DNA of 47,951 bases, taken from the IMG/VR virus record IMGVR_UViG_3300040985_001055, positions 1 through 47,951 of that record, one strand, 5' to 3'. The stretch is from a virus. Taxonomy: Duplodnaviria; Caudoviricetes. The notes beneath the pieces were generated by a model that saw nothing but the letters and a program-made list of their open reading frames with translations, was not told the DNA's origin and did not search any database. The translations under genes and the position numbers were made by a program. Positions 1-7,832 of the stretch are shown here, in pieces. The first letter of the stretch is position 1; each line of letters starts with the position of its first letter.

Positions 1-94
1 AGATGGGGTGGATGTGATGACCCAAGAGGTATACTTGAAGAGGGGAAAGAATATGTTATTAATCATACAGAGATCCACTCATGGCACACAAAAG
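1..94. repeat. Terminal direct repeat, copy 1 (identical to 47857-47950); circular/permuted assembly overlap
   Basis: Exact 94-nt match read by eye; ORF starting at 47791 continues in frame across the join to TAA at 151-153. Confidence 0.95.
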
Positions 95-317
95 TGTATT
101 TAGAAGGAATGGAAGACAAGCGGTTTCCATCTTCTGCATTTGAAAATGTATAACTAATGTCTCTACAGAAAGGAAGGTGATCACTAGTGACGAAGGCGTA
201 TATCCTTATGATAGTATTGATGATGGTAATACTCAACTCGAAAACCACCTTTGGTAACATCAGCGCGGTATAATGCTGGCTAAAAACACGATATTTTAAA
301 CTTAATGGAGAGAGTGA

Positions 318-524
318 ATGGTAGGAATAAAAATAATACCAGAGCAAGTTGCGAATACTTATTTATGTCCTAATGCGTATAATAAACCATGCTTGGGGTT
401 TAGGTGCATGCTTTGGACTGTCACCACTCAGCATCCACAAAAAGATACAGGTTACTGTGGTCTTCTTGGCGTGGCAGATCCTATGGTTGTACCAAACACT
501 CCAAAGAAAGCACAGGGGCATTGA
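318..524 (+). CDS. Small Cys-rich hypothetical protein
   Basis: GGAGAG RBS; CP..C....C..W...GYCGL pattern; stop overlaps next start (TGATG). Confidence 0.65.
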   Translation: MVGIKIIPEQVANTYLCPNAYNKPCLGFRCMLWTVTTQHPQKDTGYCGLLGVADPMVVPNTPKKAQGH

Positions 525-655
525 TGGCATTCTTCGACTACGATCCGGAAACAGTAACCGATATTAATTTATTCAAGTGGATTATGTTCGTGTCTACTGT
601 GGTTCTGGTTTGTGGTGTTGTTGGAGTATTCGGTTGGTTATTTATGCCGGTGTAG
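524..655 (+). CDS. Small single-TM membrane protein (MAFFDYDP...LFMPV)
   Basis: 3' part of ORF 404..655; ATG at 524 coupled to upstream stop; hydrophobic helix. Confidence 0.55.
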   Translation: MAFFDYDPETVTDINLFKWIMFVSTVVLVCGVVGVFGWLFMPV

Positions 656-725
656 CTTAATATGAAAGCGTCATGGCTTTTAGGAGATCATGAAGACTGT
701 GGGTTTAACTCCCACCACTGGCCCA
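646..725 (+). ncRNA. tRNA-like element with 13-nt anticodon loop (pseudo-tRNA)
   Basis: Acceptor GCCGGTG/CACTGGC, D stem GCTT/AAGC, anticodon stem TCATG/CATGA, T stem GTGGG/CCCAC with loop TTTAACT, followed by CCA. Confidence 0.65.
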
Positions 726-735
726 TTTTTAAAGT

Positions 736-897
736 ATGACACGTAAACTAATCATAACAATTTTAGGCTGTATAGTATTTGCTGCTTTAATGAAGTGGTA
801 TATTGCAGTAGCGGATATAAGTCAGTCAGATCTTGTGAAGGAACTTAGGAAGGAAAACAGTCAGTTACGATACGCATTATGGTTAAAAGATCAATAA
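736..897 (+). CDS. 53-aa membrane-anchored coiled-coil protein (below ORF-track cut-off)
   Basis: Hand translation MTRKLIITILGCIVFAALMKW...LWLKDQ; overlaps start of 879 ORF. Confidence 0.55.
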   Translation: MTRKLIITILGCIVFAALMKWYIAVADISQSDLVKELRKENSQLRYALWLKDQ

Positions 898-2162
898 TAT
901 CACTACTCCTCATAATCACCGTCCTCGTACCTCTATGGTTCGATGGACATTTGTACAGCACCTTTGATCTGAGTAAGATTACCGTTCTGTACATACTTGC
1001 ATTCACACTGCTTGGTGTGTGGGTATATATAGGCAAAGTCAGTGTCTTTAAGAGGGATCCATATAATATATTGACCTATCCTATCCTGGGAATCTTCGCT
1101 TCATGCATAATATCAACAGTCTTTGCAGTCTCTCCATACGTCAGCTTTGCAGGAACGTATAAGCGGTATGGTGGCCTCGTAACCAATGCTGTGTACATGA
1201 TACTCTTCTTTGCGGTGATTGAATTCGTAGATATGAAGAGGGTTCGTTATTTTATACATGCAATATTGATTACTGCTGGGGTTTCTTGTGTTTATGCAGT
1301 TGTGCAGTATGCAGGGCTGGATCCTTATAATTGGTCAATAGATTTCGGATATAGAGGTAGGCCATCCGCAGCATTCGGACATCCAACATTCTTCAGTGCA
1401 TACCTGTCAATGGCACTGTGTCTATGTATATATCTGATTATGAAGGGTAATAAATGGATGTATGGATTAGCTATATTGTTTATATACTGCATGGTAATAT
1501 CTGTGACAAGATCTGCGTTTGTTGGAATGGCAGTATCTCTGATCTACTTTTTCCTGTTATACAAGAAGAGGGTGTCATATAAGCTTGTGGGAGCAGTGCT
1601 AATTGTAATTATTTGTCTGAATATATTCATTCCGGATAGTCCGGTGAAAAGATTACATAGAGAGCTCAAGGGATGGAATCCAACCGGCAACATAGGGTAT
1701 CGTTTAAGAATCGGTGCTGTGTGTAGTGATATAATTAAGGACAATCCTGTGGTTGGTATCGGCCTTGATTGTTTGGGTTCAAAGTATCAGCAGTATTACG
1801 AAAGACGATATAACGAAGTATGTATAAGTGGCAATAACAGAGCTCACAATGCAGTAATGAGTATTCTTGTAGAGCAGGGCGTAATCGGCATGATGATGTG
1901 GCTGTGGCTCCTTTTCTATTATTTCTGGATAGTTTTCCAGAAAAGAGACAATCTTCTTGTTGTGGCGCTGAGTAGTGGAGTAGTAGCTTACTCGGTACAG
2001 AACATGGCAACATTTGGCGGAGTGAGCATAACTCCTTTATTCTGGATGTTGATGGCATTGACGATTGTGGTGATTAAAAATGAAGATAAACATAATACGT
2101 TCACTGGTGATGGTCGTAGCAGTAGTTTTGATTATCCTATCAAGTTTCCGGTATCGCGCTGA
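879..2162 (+). CDS. O-antigen ligase / Wzy_C-like polytopic glycosyltransferase
   Basis: About 10-12 TM helices; motifs RPSAAFGHPTFFSAYL, TRSAFVG, R...W-like YRLRIG, NPVVGIGLD, RAHNAVMSILVEQGVIG typical of WaaL/O-OTase family. Confidence 0.85.
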   Translation: MVKRSIISLLLIITVLVPLWFDGHLYSTFDLSKITVLYILAFTLLGVWVYIGKVSVFKRDPYNILTYPILGIFASCIISTVFAVSPYVSFAGTYKRYGGLVTNAVYMILFFAVIEFVDMKRVRYFIHAILITAGVSCVYAVVQYAGLDPYNWSIDFGYRGRPSAAFGHPTFFSAYLSMALCLCIYLIMKGNKWMYGLAILFIYCMVISVTRSAFVGMAVSLIYFFLLYKKRVSYKLVGAVLIVIICLNIFIPDSPVKRLHRELKGWNPTGNIGYRLRIGAVCSDIIKDNPVVGIGLDCLGSKYQQYYERRYNEVCISGNNRAHNAVMSILVEQGVIGMMMWLWLLFYYFWIVFQKRDNLLVVALSSGVVAYSVQNMATFGGVSITPLFWMLMALTIVVIKNEDKHNTFTGDGRSSSFDYPIKFPVSR

Positions 2163-2544
2163 CTACCACTTCAACGAAGCAATGAAGATGCGGAAGTTCG
2201 GATATATCGATGAACACATAGCGGAGTGTGAGAAGGCTGTACGTCTCAATCCGTTTGTACTCAACTATGTCAATACCCTTGCTATGACATATCACCAGAC
2301 AGCGATTAAGGCTGTTCAGGCTGTAAACAGGAAAGAAGCTAGTAAGTGGCTGGCAAAATCTATTTACACGGCTGAAAAGGTGCAGGAGATGTATCCTGGC
2401 GAATACTATTCTGCTAGAATGCTTATGGAAGACTATATGCTGATGTCTACTATTCAAATATCAAAAAGAGATTTCCTTCCGGAAATAGAGAAATATCACA
2501 ATATTGTTATATCGGCAAGACCGTTTAAGGAGAGGGTGAAATGA
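2080..2544 (+). CDS. Membrane-anchored TPR-like protein (resembles the C-terminal domain of ligase-TPR fusions)
   Basis: N-terminal TM, ADYHF..A, EKAVRLNP TPR-like motif; own GGTGA RBS. Confidence 0.7.
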   Translation: MKINIIRSLVMVVAVVLIILSSFRYRADYHFNEAMKMRKFGYIDEHIAECEKAVRLNPFVLNYVNTLAMTYHQTAIKAVQAVNRKEASKWLAKSIYTAEKVQEMYPGEYYSARMLMEDYMLMSTIQISKRDFLPEIEKYHNIVISARPFKERVK

Positions 2545-2870
2545 ATCGTTTTCAAAAGGAGTATCTAAAGGGGTTTTATGGGTTTTTAATTGTTTTGTCT
2601 GTGATCGTATTGTTTGCTTGTTTTTCAGATGCAAAGGTGAAGAGGCCGTTTTATTGTTATTTTTGTACAGGAGAGAATACCTTCGTTTGTGATGAAGGCA
2701 ATACGCATAAGACATTTGCTGGAATGCTAAAAGAAATCGAAGCACTCAGGGATGAATTAGACTCTTTCGAGAAGCTGATTATGATAAAGACCACTCCTGG
2801 TCCCAAAGGGGAAACCATATACGATAGATACAGGAGAGAGAAAGAGGAGAGAGAAAGAGGAGCGGAATGA
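2541..2870 (+). CDS. Hypothetical membrane-anchored protein
   Basis: GGAGAGG RBS, TM helix, CYFC, coiled C-terminus. Confidence 0.65.
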   Translation: MNRFQKEYLKGFYGFLIVLSVIVLFACFSDAKVKRPFYCYFCTGENTFVCDEGNTHKTFAGMLKEIEALRDELDSFEKLIMIKTTPGPKGETIYDRYRREKEERERGAE

Positions 2871-3223
2871 GTGATATAAAAAGTATATTTGTCTATCAGT
2901 CCATAAAGGGATCGTTTGATTCAGAATATACAAGTATATCAACCCTACCTAATGGGGGTAGAGAATATTTCCCTAAAGACATTGCACAAAAATATGTAGA
3001 TGGGATTGCAAAGACTAATGAAAATTTAATTATTGAGAATGCCAATCTAAAAAGAGAACGTGAAGAAATATTAAAGCTGATTCAAGAGGCGTATGAAGTA
3101 TGGGTGGGTAGTGAGGGTTTTGAACCTAAAACTGCACCAGAAGCATATCAACAAAAATTGATTAAGGGCATGTCCGAGCTACTCAAGGAAGCTCTTGAGA
3201 TTGCGGACAAGGAGGGGAAATGA
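2867..3223 (+). CDS. Hypothetical protein
   Basis: ATGA-coupled, AGGAG RBS. Confidence 0.65.
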   Translation: MSDIKSIFVYQSIKGSFDSEYTSISTLPNGGREYFPKDIAQKYVDGIAKTNENLIIENANLKREREEILKLIQEAYEVWVGSEGFEPKTAPEAYQQKLIKGMSELLKEALEIADKEGK

Positions 3224-3333
3224 TCTATTTAAAATGGATAGGCATAATATGCGGCACATCGTTTATGTTGTTATGGATATTGTTGTATCTTGAGAGACGA
3301 TGGTTGAGTCCATTTGATAAGGAGGAAGAGTGA
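3220..3333 (+). CDS. 37-aa single-TM peptide
   Basis: Hand translation MIYLKWIGIICGTSFMLLWILLYLERRW...; ATGA and GTGA coupling on both ends. Confidence 0.55.
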   Translation: MIYLKWIGIICGTSFMLLWILLYLERRWLSPFDKEEE

Positions 3334-3515
3334 ATATAGGTGAAGATCAACCCTTTACAGCGACTATGGCTACCATCAGGGAAAAAGAATATTGGGAGTC
3401 CAAGGATGAATATTATAAACGACAGGAGCCTTTTGTTAGCTTGGAAAGGATTGCCTATATGGTTATCAAGCATCATTACATAAACAAATACTTTGCAGAA
3501 TGGGGGTGGGTATAA
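3330..3515 (+). CDS. Hypothetical protein
   Basis: AGGAGG RBS, GTG start coupled to upstream stop. Confidence 0.55.
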   Translation: MNIGEDQPFTATMATIREKEYWESKDEYYKRQEPFVSLERIAYMVIKHHYINKYFAEWGWV

Positions 3516-3816
3516 TATGTTTTTCACAGATGACGATGGAGCGCAGGCAGTTCTATTTGGTGGAGAGAAGGTGGTTATGGGTAACTTCATATTGCCTCCG
3601 GTTAATCCCAAGTTCGCAGGGATCCTCTTGGGAGATACGATTAAAGGCGATATAATGACTCCGGAAGGAGAAACCTCTAATACGATTAACACCAAGATCA
3701 GAATATGCTTTGAGAAGGTTGAGCATGTTGACAAGATGATTGAGAGTTTGAAGAAAGTAAAGAAAGTGTTGGCAGGATTCGAAGTATCGCGGATAATTAA
3801 ACCTGGGGATAATTAA
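3493..3816 (+). CDS. Hypothetical protein (probable start ATG 3517)
   Basis: ORF track; packed + strand operon. Confidence 0.6.
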   Translation: MQNGGGYNMFFTDDDGAQAVLFGGEKVVMGNFILPPVNPKFAGILLGDTIKGDIMTPEGETSNTINTKIRICFEKVEHVDKMIESLKKVKKVLAGFEVSRIIKPGDN

Positions 3817-3818
3817 GC

Positions 3819-4013
3819 TTGGATAGATTTGAGAAAGCATATAGGGCGTATAAAAGAGAAAACTGGATATTCGGCATCCTTTTTGTATGCCTTATGATAA
3901 TAATATTTACATGTGCCGTTTTGGGAGGATTTTCTGATGAAGAGGCGAACATTTCTGAAGGCGATGGGCGGTGCGTTCCTTGCTGTATTTGTTCCGAACA
4001 TATTCCCTCCTGA
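3819..4013 (+). CDS. Small membrane protein
   Basis: TM helix WIFGILFVCLMIIIFTCAVLGG. Confidence 0.5.
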   Translation: MDRFEKAYRAYKRENWIFGILFVCLMIIIFTCAVLGGFSDEEANISEGDGRCVPCCICSEHIPS

Positions 4014-4242
4014 AAAGAAAAAGGTGTCTTCAGGTAAGATTCTTGCGTGGGATAGAGATGGATTAAAAATCATTGAGGAAAATTGTACTCCTGTGAAAAT
4101 ATCTGGATATAATGAATATGGTAAATATGTGACCGAAGTTGTGTATATTCCCAATGATCACGGAGTTGTTAATACTAAGAATATCTATAAGAATACTTGT
4201 ATTGAGTATGAATATGTCAATAACAAAAGCTTTCTCAGTTGA
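3937..4242 (+). CDS. Protein with twin-arginine (Tat)-like signal
   Basis: GGAGG RBS, ATG at 3937, MKRRTFLKAMGGAFLAVFVP. Confidence 0.65.
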   Translation: MKRRTFLKAMGGAFLAVFVPNIFPPEKKKVSSGKILAWDRDGLKIIEENCTPVKISGYNEYGKYVTEVVYIPNDHGVVNTKNIYKNTCIEYEYVNNKSFLS

Positions 4243-4462
4243 CTGCTGCAACGAATGCCCTTACATCGAGCAGATGTGGACAGGCGAATATCGAAGGGCT
4301 GAACGTGTATGGTACTGTGCTAATTCTGAAACTCACTTTCTGATACTTAGTCAGGATAGATTCAAGATACATGAATGGTGCGAAGGAGAAGACTTGGAAG
4401 TTTTATTGGAAAGAGAATATCTTATGAAATTGATAGAGGATCGATTAGATGGCTGTGTCTGA
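4139..4462 (+). CDS. Cys-containing hypothetical protein (true start probably downstream)
   Basis: CCNECPY...WYC...IHEWC pattern; abuts terL. Confidence 0.55.
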   Translation: MCIFPMITELLILRISIRILVLSMNMSITKAFSVDCCNECPYIEQMWTGEYRRAERVWYCANSETHFLILSQDRFKIHEWCEGEDLEVLLEREYLMKLIEDRLDGCV

Positions 4463-7130
4463 TACGGGCATGAAATATAATGTTGCTGGAGAAAAGAAGC
4501 TCATTGAGCAGATGCTTACTCCGGACATAATGATATATCCTCTTAACTATGTGATGTTTGCATTTCCTTGGGGTCAACAAGGAACTCCACTTGCAAATAA
4601 GAAAGGTCCGCGTAAATGGCAGCGTGAGGAGCTTGAAAAGATAGGTAAACATAACCTTGAAAATGTCTACAGGATGAATAGGGACGAAGATCCAATTCCT
4701 TATAATCTTGCTATTGCCAGTGGCAGGGGTAGTGGCAAAACGACATTCTTTGGATGGCTTTCGCTATGGGCTGCGTCTACTCAGATAGGGTGTACTGTGA
4801 TAATCACTGCAAATACCGAACAGCAGCTTAGAACGAGAACATGGGCTGAACTTGGCAAATGGCATACAATGGCGATAAACAGTCATTGGTTTGAACGTAC
4901 TGCCACTACTCTGAAACCGGCTAAATGGCTCGACACTTCACTCAGGGACAAATCACAGAAGGACACTGCATATTACTATGTCATGGCTCAGTTGTGGTCT
5001 GAGGAGAATCCTGATGCGTTTGCGGGTGTACATAATGAGAATGGCGTAGTTTTGTTAATGGACGAAGGTTGTCATGATAATAAAACAGAAGTTTTGACAG
5101 AGAATGGATGGAAGATGTTCAAGGATTTAGACGGAGACGATAAGCTTCTAACTAAGAGCCCGGACACCCATGTAGCGGAATATTCAACGCCTACCCAGTT
5201 GGCTGCATTTTACAAAAAAGGAAAAATGCACTTGTACGAGAAGAGGGGCGGTAATTTTTGCGTTACTCCAAATCACAGAATGTTCTATCGAAGTTTAAGT
5301 GCAAAATCTGAGACGAGTAAAGGTAGGTGGAAATTTGGAGAAGTTCAGAATATGTCAAAATCCCAACACCATATTGGGAGGACAATAAAATGGATCAGAA
5401 AAGATCAAGACTTTTTTGTGTTGCCAGGATTAGTTTCTGCAAGAAAAGAATTTCCAGAAAGATGGTTTCATTTAGATGACATCTTAGAGTTATTTGGTTA
5501 TTATTTTAGTGAAGGGCATTTAAACAAAGGCAGTAGAAGGGCAGATGGAAGTAAGCTTGTATATGGTTTTGGGCTAACACAGCAATCTGGAGACGTATTT
5601 GATAAAATGGTAGGAGTTTTGTCCAGGCTCAAATTAAGGTATAAAGTGTATTCATGCTACAGAAACAGCAAGCAAATCCATATAAACGATATGCAGTTCG
5701 GTAGATGGTTGGCTCAGTTCGGTCACACATGCTTGGTTAAGCGCGTGCCGAGGTTTATTCAAGAATTAAGTTCTCGTCAGATAAAGATATTCTTAAAGGC
5801 GTTTTTGGATGGAGATGGATACGTTCATAGGAAAGCTTCTATATATTATACTTCATCAAAAGAAATGGCTGATGACCTGCAAGAACTTGTGCTTAGAACA
5901 GGTAAACATTGTACATTGAAAGTTCGCAAGTTGAAAGGGAAGCGGATTGACTTTGGGACTCATATTGCTCATTCTTCATGTGATGGGTATGTTGTCTCGG
6001 AAAATTCGGGCAGCGAGGAGTTTTCATTTCACACAAAGAAGCAGGAGTTAATAGATTATAATGGTATGGTTTATTGTGCTGAAGTCCCTCCGAATCATTT
6101 ATTGTTTACGCGGAGAGAAGGGTATTGCATGTGGAGTGGTAATAGTAATATTCCGCAGTCTATATGGGACGTGTCAGAAGGTTTCTTTACAGAGCCGATT
6201 TATCTACGGTTTTGGTTGGTAATGTCTAACCCTCGTAGGCCAGATGGTGCATTCTTTAATTGTTTCCACAAAGATAGAGAATTCTGGAATACCAGGAATA
6301 TCGACTCAAGAGATGTAGAAGGTACGGATAAATCGATATACAATAAAATTATTAAAAAGCATGGCGCAGATTCAGATGTTGCCAGGGTAGAAGTAAAAGG
6401 GCAATTTCCTCGTACCGGATCCAATCAGTTGATCGGATATGCTACAACCGAAGAGGCTGCGAGTAGGCATATCAAGCTTGAAGATGTTGCTGGTTCTGCC
6501 AAGATACTCACTATAGATGTAGCAAGATATGGGGACGATCTATCTGTAATCATAAAAAGGCAGGGGCTTCTCTGTCATATTCCAATAGATTTTGCCAAGA
6601 TGGACAATATGACCCTTGCCGGTATAATTGCAAATATCGCTAACGAATGGGATGCAGATGCTATTATTATCGGTTCAGGTGGCGGTCAAGGCGTAATTGA
6701 TCGGTTAAGGCAGTTAGGCTTCAATGTCCTTGAGATTGACGAAGGTGGATCTGCAGACCGTAAAGACCTGTATATCAATAAGCGTATTGAGATGTGGGAT
6801 AAGGTAGATGAATGGCTAATGTCGGGAGGGGTCATACCTAATCACGAAAGACTCAAAGAAGACCTGTCTGCGCCTATGTACGATTTTACTCCAACCAGTA
6901 ATAAGAAGCTTCTGGAAAGTGTTGCTGATATGAAAAAGAGAGGACTGCCTTCTCCTGATTTCGGTACTGCATTGGCCCTCTCATTTGCAATTGAAATTGC
7001 TCCATCACTCGGAATAATGAATAGGGGCAAGGGCAATATTGTGAACACTTTTGATCCATTCTCAATTCCTGATACGTCAAATATTCAAACCGAAAAAGGA
7101 CAAAGATTGAAACGGTTTTTTGAAACTTGA
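4449..7130 (+). CDS. terL: Terminase large subunit interrupted by an intein (about 535 aa after splicing)
   Basis: Walker A SGRGSGKT, Walker B VLLMDE, MSNPRR coupling motif, nuclease DVARYGDD and SPDFG. Confidence 0.95.
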   Translation: MAVSDTGMKYNVAGEKKLIEQMLTPDIMIYPLNYVMFAFPWGQQGTPLANKKGPRKWQREELEKIGKHNLENVYRMNRDEDPIPYNLAIASGRGSGKTTFFGWLSLWAASTQIGCTVIITANTEQQLRTRTWAELGKWHTMAINSHWFERTATTLKPAKWLDTSLRDKSQKDTAYYYVMAQLWSEENPDAFAGVHNENGVVLLMDEGCHDNKTEVLTENGWKMFKDLDGDDKLLTKSPDTHVAEYSTPTQLAAFYKKGKMHLYEKRGGNFCVTPNHRMFYRSLSAKSETSKGRWKFGEVQNMSKSQHHIGRTIKWIRKDQDFFVLPGLVSARKEFPERWFHLDDILELFGYYFSEGHLNKGSRRADGSKLVYGFGLTQQSGDVFDKMVGVLSRLKLRYKVYSCYRNSKQIHINDMQFGRWLAQFGHTCLVKRVPRFIQELSSRQIKIFLKAFLDGDGYVHRKASIYYTSSKEMADDLQELVLRTGKHCTLKVRKLKGKRIDFGTHIAHSSCDGYVVSENSGSEEFSFHTKKQELIDYNGMVYCAEVPPNHLLFTRREGYCMWSGNSNIPQSIWDVSEGFFTEPIYLRFWLVMSNPRRPDGAFFNCFHKDREFWNTRNIDSRDVEGTDKSIYNKIIKKHGADSDVARVEVKGQFPRTGSNQLIGYATTEEAASRHIKLEDVAGSAKILTIDVARYGDDLSVIIKRQGLLCHIPIDFAKMDNMTLAGIIANIANEWDADAIIIGSGGGQGVIDRLRQLGFNVLEIDEGGSADRKDLYINKRIEMWDKVDEWLMSGGVIPNHERLKEDLSAPMYDFTPTSNKKLLESVADMKKRGLPSPDFGTALALSFAIEIAPSLGIMNRGKGNIVNTFDPFSIPDTSNIQTEKGQRLKRFFET
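5070..6143 (+). mobile_element. Intein (358 aa) with LAGLIDADG homing endonuclease in terL
   Basis: Block A CHDNKTEVLTENGW, block B VTPNHRMF, LAGLIDADG motifs FGYYFSEG and FLKAFLDGDG, block F VYCAEVP, ends ...WSGN followed by +1 Ser. Confidence 0.92.
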
Positions 7131-7142
7131 TGCAACCCAACC

Positions 7143-7158
7143 GCAGTAAATTTCCTGC
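7143..7158. promoter_or_regulatory. Palindromic operator-like site GCAGTA-N4-TCCTGC upstream of the head operon
   Basis: One mismatch to the perfect palindrome at 44443-44458; intergenic; TTGACA at 7186. Confidence 0.45.
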
Positions 7159-7272
7159 ATGCAGAAAAAACATTGCACTTTTTCCTTGACATCCTTCCAA
7201 ATGTGTGTTACGAATCTTTGGCATCGTGTTACTATTCGCAGTATTATTCTTTTCTTTTAAGGAGATTTCTTT

Positions 7273-7509
7273 ATGTGTGGAGGAGGCCCGTCAATTCCAG
7301 ATGCACCACCACCGCCACCAGTCACCCCTGCAGTAGCAAAAACTAGATCTCAGCCTAAACTTACAAGTGAAGGAGTCAGGAAGGCTCAGTCAGATACGAA
7401 AGATGCAGCCAGAAGGTTTGCAGGAACAAGGGGAGGTTCATTGGTAACTGGTCCTGGTGGATTATCAACAGAAGCGAATACACAGAAAAAAAGTCTATTA
7501 GGGGGGTAG
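7273..7509 (+). CDS. Small pre-portal virion protein (podovirus tail-assembly/host-range-like)
   Basis: MCGGG..PPPPP...TGPGG...KKSLLGG pattern directly before portal; AAGGAG RBS. Confidence 0.75.
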   Translation: MCGGGPSIPDAPPPPPVTPAVAKTRSQPKLTSEGVRKAQSDTKDAARRFAGTRGGSLVTGPGGLSTEANTQKKSLLGG

Positions 7510-7515
7510 TATATA

Positions 7516-7716
7516 ATGCCAGATCTATCTGATTCAGATAAAGAGTTTGAAGCTGAAATGGATTTAAACACTATGAAAAGAGCAGAAGAGATCAAGGCTG
7601 ATCCTGCTCGTAAAAAGGCAGCAGAAGAAAAAGCTGCTAAAGAGATTAATGCTCTGAAGAAGATTAAAGGTAAAAGTCTCATAAATTCAAGTAATAAATC
7701 TCTGGTAACTAAATAA
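7516..7716 (+). CDS. Hypothetical protein
   Basis: D..T.KRAEEIK.DP.R pattern; operon position. Confidence 0.7.
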   Translation: MPDLSDSDKEFEAEMDLNTMKRAEEIKADPARKKAAEEKAAKEINALKKIKGKSLINSSNKSLVTK

Positions 7717-7733
7717 CAATTTAATCGTCTTGA

Positions 7734-7820
7734 CAGGCTCGCTACCTGAACAGAGGCATAAGCAAAATAGAAAGAGGTGACATAGCCCTATGTGGTTGTG
7801 CCACCTCTTTTTTTATGCCT
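7734..7820 (+). terminator. Structured leader / terminator-attenuator before the portal gene
   Basis: CAGG-CTCGCTA-CCTG hairpin; AAAGAGGTG/CACCTCTTT stem followed by T-run; outer AGGCATAA/TTATGCCT. Confidence 0.55.
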
Positions 7821-7832
7821 ACTTAAAATACT

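Noticed and set aside
1-94. Biological terminal repeat (T7-like DTR)
   Set aside because: It falls mid-gene and is short, consistent with an assembler overlap of a circular/permuted genome
7218-7233. Sigma54 promoter at TTGGCATCGTGTTACT
   Set aside because: No GC at the -12 position; a TTGACA -35 is present instead
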